Shown: positions 28,316 to 38,483 of the stretch, piece by piece
Layout of the letters: each line of letters begins with the position of its first letter
Position numbering within the stretch: position 1 is the stretch's first letter
Assembly (NCBI GenBank): GCA_963847185.1
Contig: CAWJYV010000008.1
Location: 832,001-896,000, forward strand
Length of the DNA: 64,000 bases
Direction: 5' to 3'
Source of the DNA: an uncultured Methanosarcinaceae archaeon
GTDB taxonomy: Archaea > Halobacteriota > Methanosarcinia > Methanosarcinales > Methanosarcinaceae
Made by a program: the position numbers and the translations under genes
The notes under the pieces: model-generated
What the model was told of the DNA's origin: nothing
Databases searched by the model: none
The model's input: only the letters and a program-made list of their open reading frames with translations

Positions 28316-30193
28316 ATGGCTTTTGAAACTCCTCTTGCTCTTATTGCTCTTCTGAGCGTAATTCCTCTAATCATTATTTACATGCTCCGCCCGAAGCCGA
28401 CTGTGCTTTCAATTCCTTCGGTTATGTTTATCCTTAAACTGGAGAGAGAAAGGAAAAAGGTCTATGCTTCCCTCACCAAGATAGTGCAGGATCCCCTTTT
28501 CCTGATTCAGCTTCTAATGCTGATTCTTCTTTCTATTGCTGCGGCAGGCTATTACTACACTTCAGAAGAACCATTGAGCGGAGAGCATACAGTGCTTATC
28601 CTTGACACCTCTGCAAGCATGAATGTTGGTTCCCGCTTCAGTGACGGTATTGGGATTGCTGAAGGATACGTTAGCAAGAAAAACAGTATAATTCTGGCTT
28701 CCGATACTCCTCTCCTCGCTCTCGAAGGAGATGATGCGTCTGTGGCAAAGGATATCTTAGGGAAAGTCAATCCAGGAGCTGGCACTTCTGACCTTTCTGC
28801 ATCTATTACAGCAGGTATGCGTCTTCTTTCCAAAGAAGGAGGAAGAATTATTGTTATCTCGGATTTTACTAACTATAAGGGAGATGATCCTGTTGCTTCC
28901 AAAAATCTGGCTGAGTCTTACGGGATATCAGTCAATTTTGTAAAAGTCGGAAAGCCTGCCAATAACGTTGGAATCATCAATGGATGGATCGAAGCCGCGG
29001 ATGGAAAATATAGCTATACGGGTGTAATTAAAAATTACATGGATCACAGTGAAAGTGTTGAAATCGACACTGGAAGGGGTATTTCGGGAAACACCTCAAA
29101 GTCTCTTTCTCTTGATGTTCCTGCAGGCGGAACAAATCAGTTCACATTGGGAAACCTGGGGCCAGGAATCACAACAGTAAAGCTCAATTTTGAGGATGAT
29201 CTGTCTGTTGACAATAAAGCCTACATTTCCATTCCCGATATCTCGGAACAGCACATCCTTTATGTTACTGATAATGGAAAACTGCCTTCAAAAACTGCAC
29301 TATCCTTGCTTCCTAATAGTAATTTGAGTGTCTCAAAATCAGTGCCTGCTACGCTTGATAATTACACGCTTGTAGTGCTTGCGCAGAAAGAGACACCTAT
29401 TGGCAACGATTCCATCGGAATAATTGAAAATTATGTCCGAAACGGAGGTAATGCGGTCTTCATTGGGAGCGAAGCTCTCGTTCCCGAAAAAACCGAGGTT
29501 GACCTTTTAAAAATCTTGCCTGTGAAGCCTATCGGAATCGAAGAAGATGAAAATGGGCTTGAAGTTAAGGAATCTCTTCAAAGCAGCATTACGAAGGATA
29601 TTCGAAGTGACGAAATCTCTGTCCGTAAATATCTGAATGCAACTGAAAGGACCGGATCGACAACCCTGGTAACTCTTGAAAACGGAATTCCTTTACTTAG
29701 TTACTGGCAGGTGGGAAAGGGAACCATTTTCTATATGGGGCTGAGTGATGAGCTAGGGGACAATTCCTGGAATAATTTCCACAACCTGCCTGAATATCCC
29801 GTGTTCTGGATAAAACTTGTTGAATGGCTCGGAGGGACAGGAGATATATCCGAATATAACCTCAATACCGGCACTTTGACCTCTCTTTCGAAAACCGAGG
29901 AAATAAAGACTCCTTCAAAGACTTTTACTTCAAACCGCATTCTCTATGATGAAGTTGGGGTCTACGAGATTTCAGGGAAAAAGATTGCAGTTAATCTCTA
30001 TAACGACAGGGAATCAAACACTACAGTTGATTCTTCGGAATTGATTCAAAGGGCTGTTAAAGAAGACGGGTCCAAAGTAGTAAAGGCTGATTCCTATACT
30101 GCTAAACATGATATCACCGATTATCTCATAGGATTTCTGTTCCTGCTCATCCTGCTTGAAATCCTTATTGTGCGTGGGAGAGGTGAACTATGA
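28316..30193 (+). CDS. BatA-N / vWA domain membrane protein
   Basis: N-terminal BatA-like TM pair, DTSASM MIDAS, ISDF, C-terminal TM helix. Confidence 0.85.
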   Translation: MAFETPLALIALLSVIPLIIIYMLRPKPTVLSIPSVMFILKLERERKKVYASLTKIVQDPLFLIQLLMLILLSIAAAGYYYTSEEPLSGEHTVLILDTSASMNVGSRFSDGIGIAEGYVSKKNSIILASDTPLLALEGDDASVAKDILGKVNPGAGTSDLSASITAGMRLLSKEGGRIIVISDFTNYKGDDPVASKNLAESYGISVNFVKVGKPANNVGIINGWIEAADGKYSYTGVIKNYMDHSESVEIDTGRGISGNTSKSLSLDVPAGGTNQFTLGNLGPGITTVKLNFEDDLSVDNKAYISIPDISEQHILYVTDNGKLPSKTALSLLPNSNLSVSKSVPATLDNYTLVVLAQKETPIGNDSIGIIENYVRNGGNAVFIGSEALVPEKTEVDLLKILPVKPIGIEEDENGLEVKESLQSSITKDIRSDEISVRKYLNATERTGSTTLVTLENGIPLLSYWQVGKGTIFYMGLSDELGDNSWNNFHNLPEYPVFWIKLVEWLGGTGDISEYNLNTGTLTSLSKTEEIKTPSKTFTSNRILYDEVGVYEISGKKIAVNLYNDRESNTTVDSSELIQRAVKEDGSKVVKADSYTAKHDITDYLIGFLFLLILLEILIVRGRGEL

Positions 30194-32709
30194 ATATAGC
30201 TCTTGAGCACCCGGAAATGCTTCTCCTCATAATTCCCGTTATAATTGCCGGGTTCTATTTCCTGAGGAAATCAAAAACAAAGCTTGTGGAATGGAGGATT
30301 CTTGTTGCTTTTCTCCTTATACTTGCTCTGGCTGCTCCCTATACGACGGTTACGCAAACTATTAGCGAAGAAGACCCTTCACTTGTGCTGATCCAGGATA
30401 AAACCGCAAGCATGGGGCTTTTTCCTAATGAGACTGGTACCGACCTGTACGAGGGTCTTACAGCAAATACCCCAACCAGTATGGTTCAATTAACCGGAGA
30501 TAAAACGTCTCTTGGAGACGCTGTTACTCAGTACTCAGGTAGCGGCAGTCAGATAGTTCTTGTTAGTGACGGGAACAATAATGCAGGAAAGAGCCTGGTA
30601 GATGCCCTGGAGTTTGCAAGAGAAACCGACACTCCCGTCTATCTCGTCCAGCCTGAGCTTAAAACAAATGATTTTAGTGTCGAAATTCTTGGGGACAAGA
30701 CTGTTGTAGTGGACAACCAGAACGAGTTTGAAATAGTTGTCCGCCAGGCTTCCGAGCAGAATGTAAGCTATTTCCTTGAGGTGTATGTGGATGGACAGCT
30801 TTCCCAGAGCAGGGATTTTGTTCTGGATGGTAGGAATAGTAGTGAAACTCCCATCCCTATTAATCAGGCTTTCAACACCCTTGGAGCTCACACTATCAGC
30901 GTAAAAATCACTCCCTCCGGAGAAGATCTTAATAGTATTAACAATGAGTTCAGCAAATCCGTTTATGTAATCCCCAAACCGAAGATTACTCTTGTAACCG
31001 ATAAGTCCAATTCTCCTCTTGCTCAGATCCTTTCCAGCCTTTATGAAGTTTCGACTGTTGCTGCTTATCCTGGGGCATCTGCTCTCAATGACACTAAAGT
31101 TCTGGTTCTTGACAACCAGTTCATTCAGACCCTTTCCGAACCTCAGATAAAGGAAATCAAAAAATACGTCATTGAAGGGGGAGGGTTGATAGTTGTAGGA
31201 GGAGAAAGGGCTTATGATTACGGTAATTATCTTAATTCTTCGCTCGAAGAAATCCTGCCTGTACTTTCAAAACCTTCCGAGTATAAGGGTGGGAGAAACA
31301 TTGTCCTGGTTCTTGACATCTCTCCAAGTGCACGGGATCATGGAGCTCAGGGGGATATCCTCGGAAATGCTATCCATATTCTCGAGAATGAAAATCTCAG
31401 AGATGCAAATGCTGCGTCTATAGCTTTCGGAAGCAAGGATTATGATGTCTTCGGAGGATTTTTGTTTTTGGGCCTTCCTCAGAACAGGGCAATTATGGAA
31501 GACAAAATCTCACGGCTGACCACCGATGAGCAGAGCAAAACTTCACTTGACAAGGGACTTACAGGCGCAAAAGAAATGCTTGCAGACAAGGATGGCGAAC
31601 GTGATGTCATTATAATTTCCGACGGAGGGATCAAGGACTCCTACGAACCAGGCCTTCAGGCTGCAAAAGAGCTGCAGAAACTCGGTGTAAACCTTTACTT
31701 TATCCATATACATTCGGCGGCTCCTTCGCAAACTGATAATGCCAGAAATTATTATGCAGAAATGTTAATGAAAGAACTGGGGCTTGAAAGTAACTATAAG
31801 CGAATTAATGTGACAGAAGATGGCCAGGAACCCCAAAGGGTAGTTTTTGATTTCGGGCCAGTTAATGAGTCTGCGGAAGAACAAGAAAAGAATGTCACTC
31901 TTGAGTCCTATGCTCTCTACGCTTACTCTCCTGATCACTTCATTACGAAAAATGTGAACCTTACTGCCAATATCACAGGATATAATGATGTGACCCCAAA
32001 AGCAGGGGCTGAACGTCTTGTTATCACTGCTGCTACTGGAAAACCTGTGCTTACAACATGGCGCTTCGGATTAGGAAGGGTTGCAGCCCTCAGCACGGAC
32101 AATGGAGAGGGTGAAAGTTCTCGTTGGGCATCTGCCCTTTACAACGGCTCCAGTGCAAAGCTTATTTCCGGCATGACCAACTGGGCAATAGCAAATCCAA
32201 GGGCTGAAGAAGGGGCTGTTGTGGATAGTCCGGATACCTGGCTTGGAACTTCCTCCAACCTGACCCTTGTAATGTATGATGAGGGAATTCCCCAGCTGAA
32301 ACTCGATGGAAACCCTCTTGATCTTGCTCTGACCGGAAGAAACACCTACGAGGCAACTGTAAATCCGGGAAGTGCAGGTATTCACGATATCTCCGGATAT
32401 CCTCTGGCAGTAAACTACCCTCTTGAATATCGGGATATAGGGCTTAATAAAGACATAGAGCCTCTTATTCTTGCAACTGGTGGGAAGATTTACACTGAAA
32501 AGGATGCAAGAGCCCTGCTTTTAAAAGACGCCAGGCAGAACTCTGAAAGGGAAGCAAGTGAACCTGTGAGCCTGAAGGTTTATGTCCTCCTCGCAGCACT
32601 TGTCCTCTATCTCAGTGAAATTCTTGCCAGGCGCATAAAAGAAATGAGGAAGCTCCAGAAAGCGGAGAGTGCAGCGGAGGTAGGAGAACAAAATCCAACA
32701 GGAGAATAA
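30190..32709 (+). CDS. Membrane protein with two vWA-like domains and a GATase-like domain
   Basis: DKTASM/SDG and DISPS/ISDG motifs; YV..GGGLIVVGG and W..GLGRV typical of GATase1-like domains; terminal TMs. Confidence 0.8.
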   Translation: MNIALEHPEMLLLIIPVIIAGFYFLRKSKTKLVEWRILVAFLLILALAAPYTTVTQTISEEDPSLVLIQDKTASMGLFPNETGTDLYEGLTANTPTSMVQLTGDKTSLGDAVTQYSGSGSQIVLVSDGNNNAGKSLVDALEFARETDTPVYLVQPELKTNDFSVEILGDKTVVVDNQNEFEIVVRQASEQNVSYFLEVYVDGQLSQSRDFVLDGRNSSETPIPINQAFNTLGAHTISVKITPSGEDLNSINNEFSKSVYVIPKPKITLVTDKSNSPLAQILSSLYEVSTVAAYPGASALNDTKVLVLDNQFIQTLSEPQIKEIKKYVIEGGGLIVVGGERAYDYGNYLNSSLEEILPVLSKPSEYKGGRNIVLVLDISPSARDHGAQGDILGNAIHILENENLRDANAASIAFGSKDYDVFGGFLFLGLPQNRAIMEDKISRLTTDEQSKTSLDKGLTGAKEMLADKDGERDVIIISDGGIKDSYEPGLQAAKELQKLGVNLYFIHIHSAAPSQTDNARNYYAEMLMKELGLESNYKRINVTEDGQEPQRVVFDFGPVNESAEEQEKNVTLESYALYAYSPDHFITKNVNLTANITGYNDVTPKAGAERLVITAATGKPVLTTWRFGLGRVAALSTDNGEGESSRWASALYNGSSAKLISGMTNWAIANPRAEEGAVVDSPDTWLGTSSNLTLVMYDEGIPQLKLDGNPLDLALTGRNTYEATVNPGSAGIHDISGYPLAVNYPLEYRDIGLNKDIEPLILATGGKIYTEKDARALLLKDARQNSEREASEPVSLKVYVLLAALVLYLSEILARRIKEMRKLQKAESAAEVGEQNPTGE

Positions 32710-32763
32710 ACCCTAAAAGGCTTATTCTCCTCTTTCAGGGGCGAAATTTCAGATTCTGCATGT

Positions 32764-32866
32764 TTCTTGATTCAAGTTCTTGATTCAAGTTCTTGATTAA
32801 ATCCTTGTTTTAAATCCTTGTTTTAAATCCTTGTTTTAAATCCCTGCTTCAAATCCCTGTTTCAAC
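32764..32866. repeat. 13 bp minisatellite, about 8 drifting copies
   Basis: TTCTTGATTCAAG grading into TCCTTGTTTTAAA then TCCCTGCTTCAAA, between convergent genes. Confidence 0.8.
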
Positions 32867-32877
32867 TATTTAGAAAT

Positions 32878-33474
32878 TTATTGTAAATTCACCAGAAGAA
32901 TCAGGGTTATCTGTCCAAAAAAACCTGAGAAAATGGGTATCACAAGGTTATCGTCAATTTTGTTTACTGCGGTTTCTGTAAGGGTTGCAAAAAAAGACAT
33001 TACAAGGGAAACAGCAGGATTTCCGGTTATCAAGAAGCCTATAAGGAAATCAACGATAAACTCGGAAACCGAACCTTCAATGGATTTATCGTTATTGAAT
33101 ATTTCTTTGAAAACTCTTCTCTTTCCATAGAATTTTCCTATCAGAGCTGCAGCCATATCTCCGAAAGTTGTCATAAGGATTGCAGCGTATGCTATTTCTT
33201 TGCTGAAGAGGGCTATTGCTGAAATTGCTCCCAGGGCAAAATGGATATGGCCTCCCAGACGATTTGCTTCCTGATCCCTGTACATAGTGTAAAAAAACGG
33301 TATTTCCATGCTTTTCTCCAGCCGGAGATAGTCGAGGAAAAGGACAGTTACCAGAAAAAGCATAAGCACCCATAGAACAGCCTCTTTTCCGAAAAATTCG
33401 TAGAGAAGTACGATAAAAATCGAGATCAAGTGTACACTTTTTCTCATGATTTCAAAGACAAATTCGGAGGACAT
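32878..33474 (-). CDS. CTP-dependent polyprenol/diacylglycerol kinase family membrane protein
   Basis: RKSVH, GDMAAALIGK, KSIEGS, DDNLVIP. Confidence 0.88.
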   Translation of the reverse strand: MSSEFVFEIMRKSVHLISIFIVLLYEFFGKEAVLWVLMLFLVTVLFLDYLRLEKSMEIPFFYTMYRDQEANRLGGHIHFALGAISAIALFSKEIAYAAILMTTFGDMAAALIGKFYGKRRVFKEIFNNDKSIEGSVSEFIVDFLIGFLITGNPAVSLVMSFFATLTETAVNKIDDNLVIPIFSGFFGQITLILLVNLQ

Positions 33475-33537
33475 TATAGAGAGAGTTGTGAGAATAGCAT
33501 ATAAAGCTATATTACTCTCAATAAATGCTTAGTCTTC

Positions 33538-34605
33538 TTAAACCATTTTTTCAGAATCTCTCTGGAGTTCTGCCGAATCTTCTGTTAGTTTTTTAATCAG
33601 GTCCATGTCTTTGAGAATCTTCAAACTTACGATGCCTCCGAAAAGCAGGTTCATATGATATGTCAGAGCTCTCCAGGCAAGTACCGTAATCCCCAGGACA
33701 GATGAGTTTACGAACATTGAAAAGACAGAAACTGCCCCCAGTTCAGCGACTCCACTTGAGCCGGGAGTTGCGGGAACCAGTAAGACTACTGTCAGAAGTA
33801 CCTGAGCTGCAAAAGCGGCAAGTATAGAAGGTTTTTGTGAAAGGCCCATCAGGATAAGTACGAGCAGTGAAAAGTCCACAATCCAGAAAAGGAAAGTATA
33901 TATTATTCCCCAGATCAGCCCTTTTTTTCCTTCTGATAAAAAGATTTTCACACTATCATGGAAATTATCAATTTCCCTGTCTATTTGTTCCGCGAAATTG
34001 AAAAGCACATCATCTGTCCGTTTCCCTAAAAATGGAGCAAGCTTGCCTGCAAGCTTGTGAATTATATGTTTTAACTTTTCGGGCTTCCAGATTCCATATA
34101 CAAAGAAAAGAAGTATTATGAAAACCAGCGAGTTCGCTATTATTAAAGCTGCGTCGAATTGATAATTCAAAAACATGTCTCCCAGAATAAAAAGGGTAAA
34201 TGGTAGGCAAAGAAATATAAAAAGAGCATCAAGAAGGCGCTCACCTACAACAATTGCAGTTGCTTTACCCAGAGGGATTCCGTTCTTATTTAAAAGAGGA
34301 ACTCTCAGAAGTTCCCCTCCGGCAGAAGAAGGGGTGATTGCAGCCACAAAGGTACTTGAGACAATTATCTCTGTAGATTTCATCAAGCTAATTTTATAAC
34401 CAAGAGACTTACATAGAGACTGAGTCCGAAGGCTCCATATAATATAGAAAAGAATGTGGGACAGAGCTGCAGCCAGGAAATATTCCAGTCTGATTTTTCT
34501 CAGGGCTTCAAAAGTTTCCGAGTTAAATGTTAGATTAGTAAGCAGGGCAATTGATGCTGCGCTGATAATCAGTGTTGCAATAAGCCATTTTTTGTACCTG
34601 TTCAT
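33538..34605 (-). CDS. Flippase-like membrane protein (UPF0104 / LPG synthase TM)
   Basis: ITPSSAGGE, ERLLD, TPGSSGVAE, WRALTY; multi-TM. Confidence 0.85.
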   Translation of the reverse strand: MNRYKKWLIATLIISAASIALLTNLTFNSETFEALRKIRLEYFLAAALSHILFYIIWSLRTQSLCKSLGYKISLMKSTEIIVSSTFVAAITPSSAGGELLRVPLLNKNGIPLGKATAIVVGERLLDALFIFLCLPFTLFILGDMFLNYQFDAALIIANSLVFIILLFFVYGIWKPEKLKHIIHKLAGKLAPFLGKRTDDVLFNFAEQIDREIDNFHDSVKIFLSEGKKGLIWGIIYTFLFWIVDFSLLVLILMGLSQKPSILAAFAAQVLLTVVLLVPATPGSSGVAELGAVSVFSMFVNSSVLGITVLAWRALTYHMNLLFGGIVSLKILKDMDLIKKLTEDSAELQRDSEKMV

Positions 34606-34951
34606 GGCAATCTATCTGGGTCCTTTTTAACAAAGTAATATTTCTATTTTTTTATAAAGTAATATCTACATTTGAAGGAGCTTTTAATATATATCAAATG
34701 ACAGAGCAGGAATTATGATGTTCATGTTTAAATTATTTTCTTATATTTTTAATAAGTTATTGAGGTATGGATTAAGAGAAGTTAAAAAATAAGTGAACAA
34801 TTTTGAAAAAAAAGTGATAGTTGAAGAAGGCAGCTTTATTGGAAAAGTTCAATTTGAATTCAGACTGAACCTGAGTTTTTAACTGATATTAACCTGAATT
34901 CAACTTTTCAATTCTAATCTGTTTTTAAGCTGCAATCTTTGATACTTGTTT

Positions 34952-36130
34952 TCAAGATCCTTCATGCGCAGTGTCATAATCGTAATTGATAACATTGTCC
35001 TTTATGCTGGCGTCCTTATCTATCTTTACTTCAGGCCAGATCTTAACTCCGGAATGTATGGTCGAGTTATCCCCTATACTTACTTTATGCCCGATAACAG
35101 TTCCGTTCTCAAGGGAGCAGTTTCCTCCGATAATTGTTTCATCTGCTACCACTCCTCCCGAAATATTGGAAGCTTTTCCAATACGCACATTATTAAAAAG
35201 GTAGGACGAGAGAATCTTTGAATTATTTTCAATTGTGCAGTTTGAGCCTATAACGCTGTAGGGTCCTATGAGGACATTGTCGCCTATTTTTGTGTTTTCC
35301 CCTATGACTATTGGTCCTACAAGGGAAGAATTCGAACCTATAGATACATTATTTCCTATGGATAGGGGGCCTCTTATTCTTGCATTTCTGGTTGTGAAAT
35401 TTCCTTCAATTGTTGTTCCGGGAAGGGCATCGAGCATCCAGCGCTGGGCCTGTCTGTAGGCGGCTGAACTCCCAACGTCAGTCCAGTTTCCCCGGACAAG
35501 CACCCCGTTAATTTTCTCATTAGCTGCAAGCAGGGCAGGAAACAGGTCTTTTGCAAAGTCATATTTCTTGTTCTCAGGAATCCATTCAAAGATTGAAGGA
35601 GAGCATACATATATGCCTGTACTTGCAAGATTACTGAATATCTGGCCTGCCTTGGGTTTTTCCAGAAAGCGGTGAATCCTGTTATTTATATCCATGTCGG
35701 CAATTCCAAACTCTCTTGGGTCGTCAATCGAAAGAAGTCCTATAGTCACAAAAGCATCGTTTGTCTCATGGAAACGGTACATTTCTCGAAGGTCGAGATT
35801 AAGGACATGGTCACCGCCAAGCACGATAAATGGCTCATTTTTCAGGTATTTTTCGGCGTTTTTGATTCCGCCTGCAGTTCCAAGCTTTTCTTTCTCGTAC
35901 ACATAATTGATATGTACCCCGAACATGTGCCCGTCCCCTAGCTGTTCTTCTATACTCTCTCCCATATATCCGAGAGTTATAACTATTTCATTGAATCCTT
36001 CTCTTGAGAGGTGTTCTATCAGGTGTAGAACTGATGGTTTATTGAGGATGGGTATGCTTGGTTTAGGGTGTTTGAAGGTTAGAGGCCTGAGCCTTGTCCC
36101 TGTCCCTCCGCACATGATACACGCTTTCAT
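34952..36130 (-). CDS. NDP-sugar pyrophosphorylase (mannose-1-phosphate guanylyltransferase-like) with hexapeptide repeats
   Basis: GGTGTRLRPLT...PKP, LGTAG, FLEKP, WTDVG; C-terminal left-handed beta-helix. Confidence 0.9.
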   Translation of the reverse strand: MKACIMCGGTGTRLRPLTFKHPKPSIPILNKPSVLHLIEHLSREGFNEIVITLGYMGESIEEQLGDGHMFGVHINYVYEKEKLGTAGGIKNAEKYLKNEPFIVLGGDHVLNLDLREMYRFHETNDAFVTIGLLSIDDPREFGIADMDINNRIHRFLEKPKAGQIFSNLASTGIYVCSPSIFEWIPENKKYDFAKDLFPALLAANEKINGVLVRGNWTDVGSSAAYRQAQRWMLDALPGTTIEGNFTTRNARIRGPLSIGNNVSIGSNSSLVGPIVIGENTKIGDNVLIGPYSVIGSNCTIENNSKILSSYLFNNVRIGKASNISGGVVADETIIGGNCSLENGTVIGHKVSIGDNSTIHSGVKIWPEVKIDKDASIKDNVINYDYDTAHEGS

Positions 36131-36189
36131 ATTTTTCCCAAACGTTGTCTATGAATATATTGTTAACGATCTTTTTTCATTTCTGAAGG

Positions 36190-36600
36190 TTATTGATAAT
36201 GATTCTTCAAAAGGATATCTTCTTCTCTTTCCACTTTGATCTCTTTTTTTCCTTTGTATTCAGAAATGGTGCCGGTTACGCTAATGGCGTCTCCTTCCTG
36301 TATTGACATATTCAGAGCTTCAGCTCCTGCTGTTTTCGGGATAAAAACACTCATTACCTCTGAATTACAATCCACATCTAAAAGCAAATGTTCTCCTGTG
36401 TAGGTGAAGCGTTTGCTCAGAACTTCAGCTTCGAGAAAAACCTTCTCTCCTGAAACGGACTCCTGTGTATATTGTCTGGCTTCTCCCCCGGACTTTTGTC
36501 CGGTGCCTGCAAGTTCTGTGCCAAAGCAAACGTAAGCTGTTAAAAGAGAAGATAGTGTCATAATTAGTAAGACTATTACTACTTTCTCTTCTTTTTCCAT
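36190..36600 (-). CDS. Membrane-anchored OB-fold protein
   Basis: N-terminal TM then OB-fold pattern (GD.ISVTGTISEYKGKKEI); start set at ATG after GGTGG. Confidence 0.75.
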   Translation of the reverse strand: MEKEEKVVIVLLIMTLSSLLTAYVCFGTELAGTGQKSGGEARQYTQESVSGEKVFLEAEVLSKRFTYTGEHLLLDVDCNSEVMSVFIPKTAGAEALNMSIQEGDAISVTGTISEYKGKKEIKVEREEDILLKNHYQ

Positions 36601-36629
36601 ATTTACCACCTATCTCTACAGGCTTGGAA

Positions 36630-37103
36630 TCAGTTCACTATCGAGACAAGTTTTATTTCTAGAATCAGGGTTTTGCCTGCAAGTTCATCATTGAAATCAA
36701 GAGTAACGTGGGTTTCTGTGGATTTGAGTACTTTAACTTCTCTTCCTCCGGGTGTTACGATTTTTTGCCCTGTTTCAGGAGGAGTCTGAAGTTCGAGTTT
36801 CGAGAGGGGGATATCCTGAATAAGATATTTTTTATACTCTCCATAGGCATTCCCAGGTGAGATTTTCAGGGTTTTTTCTTCTCCTTCTCTCATCCCCAGG
36901 ACCGCAATATCGATGCCTTTTATGACCTGACCTGCATCTACCCTGAAAAACAGGGGTTTGTACTCTTTTTCTTCGCTGTATATTCCAGCTTCAATGGCTT
37001 TTTTCTTTACTGTGGTATCGAATAATGTCCCGTCTTCGAACTTTCCCGTGTAGTCAATAAGGATATAATCTTCTTTTTTCACAGTACGAGAATTCTCTGT
37101 CAT
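36630..37103 (-). CDS. FKBP-type peptidyl-prolyl isomerase (SlyD-like)
   Basis: DYTGKFEDGTLFDT, GQVIKG, AYGEY, DFNDELAGKTL. Confidence 0.9.
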   Translation of the reverse strand: MTENSRTVKKEDYILIDYTGKFEDGTLFDTTVKKKAIEAGIYSEEKEYKPLFFRVDAGQVIKGIDIAVLGMREGEEKTLKISPGNAYGEYKKYLIQDIPLSKLELQTPPETGQKIVTPGGREVKVLKSTETHVTLDFNDELAGKTLILEIKLVSIVN

Positions 37104-37225
37104 TGTTTTCTCCTGTGCGCTCTTCTCTCAGCGTTTTCCTTTCATGAGAAGTACTATAGTGCCAGAAGGACCCCTGACTATCTTAATTATTCTTCAAACT
37201 TCAATTGATTTCCAAGAACTTAAGT

Positions 37226-37792
37226 TTATTCTATAGAGACAAGTTTTATATCAAAAATCAGAGCCTTGCCTGCAAGTTCATGGTTGAAGTCGATCATAGC
37301 ATGAGTTTGATTTATCTCGACTACGGTGACATTTCCATACATCGTCGGAATTTTCTGTCCGGGTGTGAGGTTTTCTACAGAAATGTTTTGTAACGGAACT
37401 GCGACAATCTTTGACTTGTTGTATTCTCCATAGGCTTCTTCAGGAGGAATTGTAATAGTCTTTTCTTCTCCTATTTTCATTCCTATTACGCCATTGTCAA
37501 AGCCCTTGATCATCTGGCCTGCGCCAGCAACAAAGGTTAGAGGGGAATAAGTTCTGTTAGCAGTGTATATATCGGCCTCTTTTGCAGTCTCTTCTATCGA
37601 GGTATCAAAAACCGTGCCGTCTTCTAGCTTTCCGGTGTAGTCCACCTGGACAGTGTCTCCAGCTTTTACTGCTCTGCTGTCATTTGTTTTGTTTACGGTT
37701 TCGTTCCCCTTATCTGCACAGCCGCTTCCAAAAATTATGCTTCCAATAAGCAGTATAGATATGAATAAAGTTACTCCTTTCCCTATCTTCAT
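37226..37792 (-). CDS. FKBP-type peptidyl-prolyl isomerase, predicted lipoprotein
   Basis: Signal peptide ending FGSGC (lipobox); VDYTGKLEDGTVFDTS, GQMIKGFD, PPEEAYG, DFNHELAGK. Confidence 0.9.
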   Translation of the reverse strand: MKIGKGVTLFISILLIGSIIFGSGCADKGNETVNKTNDSRAVKAGDTVQVDYTGKLEDGTVFDTSIEETAKEADIYTANRTYSPLTFVAGAGQMIKGFDNGVIGMKIGEEKTITIPPEEAYGEYNKSKIVAVPLQNISVENLTPGQKIPTMYGNVTVVEINQTHAMIDFNHELAGKALIFDIKLVSIE

Positions 37793-38280
37793 TCTTTTTC
37801 TGCCTCCTTAGAGACTATTCTGACCACAAATATCAGGGTCTTGCCTGCAAGCCTGTGATTGAAGTCCAAGACAAAGCTTTTTTCGTTTACTTCAGTGACG
37901 GTACCTGCCAGCCCATTATCAGTTACTAGCTGCATTCCGATTTCCGGAGTAAAATCAACAGCTTCAAGTGGCAGTTCCCTTGATAACTCTTCTCTGTATT
38001 CCCCATATGCTTCTTCTGGCGGGATCTTAAGGGTCTTTTCTTCCCCTTCTCCCATCCCGACAACTCCTTCGTCAAACCCTTTTATCATCTGGCCTGCACC
38101 AACGGTAAATGTAAGGGGTTTGTAGTCTCTCATTTGATTGTATGTCCCTGCCTCAATGGCTACTTCTTTTATGGAGGTATCGAAAACTGTACCATCTTCG
38201 AGTTTTCCCACATAATCAACGGAAATAAGATCTCCGTTTTCAACTATTTTACTGGAATCTTTTCTTATATCCTCGGCCAT
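37789..38280 (-). CDS. FKBP-type peptidyl-prolyl isomerase (SlyD-like)
   Basis: VDYVGKLEDGTVFDTS, GQMIKGFD, PPEEAYG, DFNHRLAGK; ATG start chosen over track's TTG at 38298. Confidence 0.9.
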   Translation of the reverse strand: MAEDIRKDSSKIVENGDLISVDYVGKLEDGTVFDTSIKEVAIEAGTYNQMRDYKPLTFTVGAGQMIKGFDEGVVGMGEGEEKTLKIPPEEAYGEYREELSRELPLEAVDFTPEIGMQLVTDNGLAGTVTEVNEKSFVLDFNHRLAGKTLIFVVRIVSKEAEKE

Positions 38281-38483
38281 AAAAATCAGTAAAGACAAAT
38301 GAGAACATGTTAGATAAACATGCTGATAAAGAAGGCCTCAGAAACGATTTATTCAGAATCTGAAGAGCTGGAAGCTCTGTAATTTTTAGTTCTTCACTTC
38401 TTTAATTCTTTGTCTTCTAGAAGAACTCTTTGTTTAGCTCTTTGTTTAGCTCTTTGTTTTCTAATTGATTTTGGTGTTGGTTT

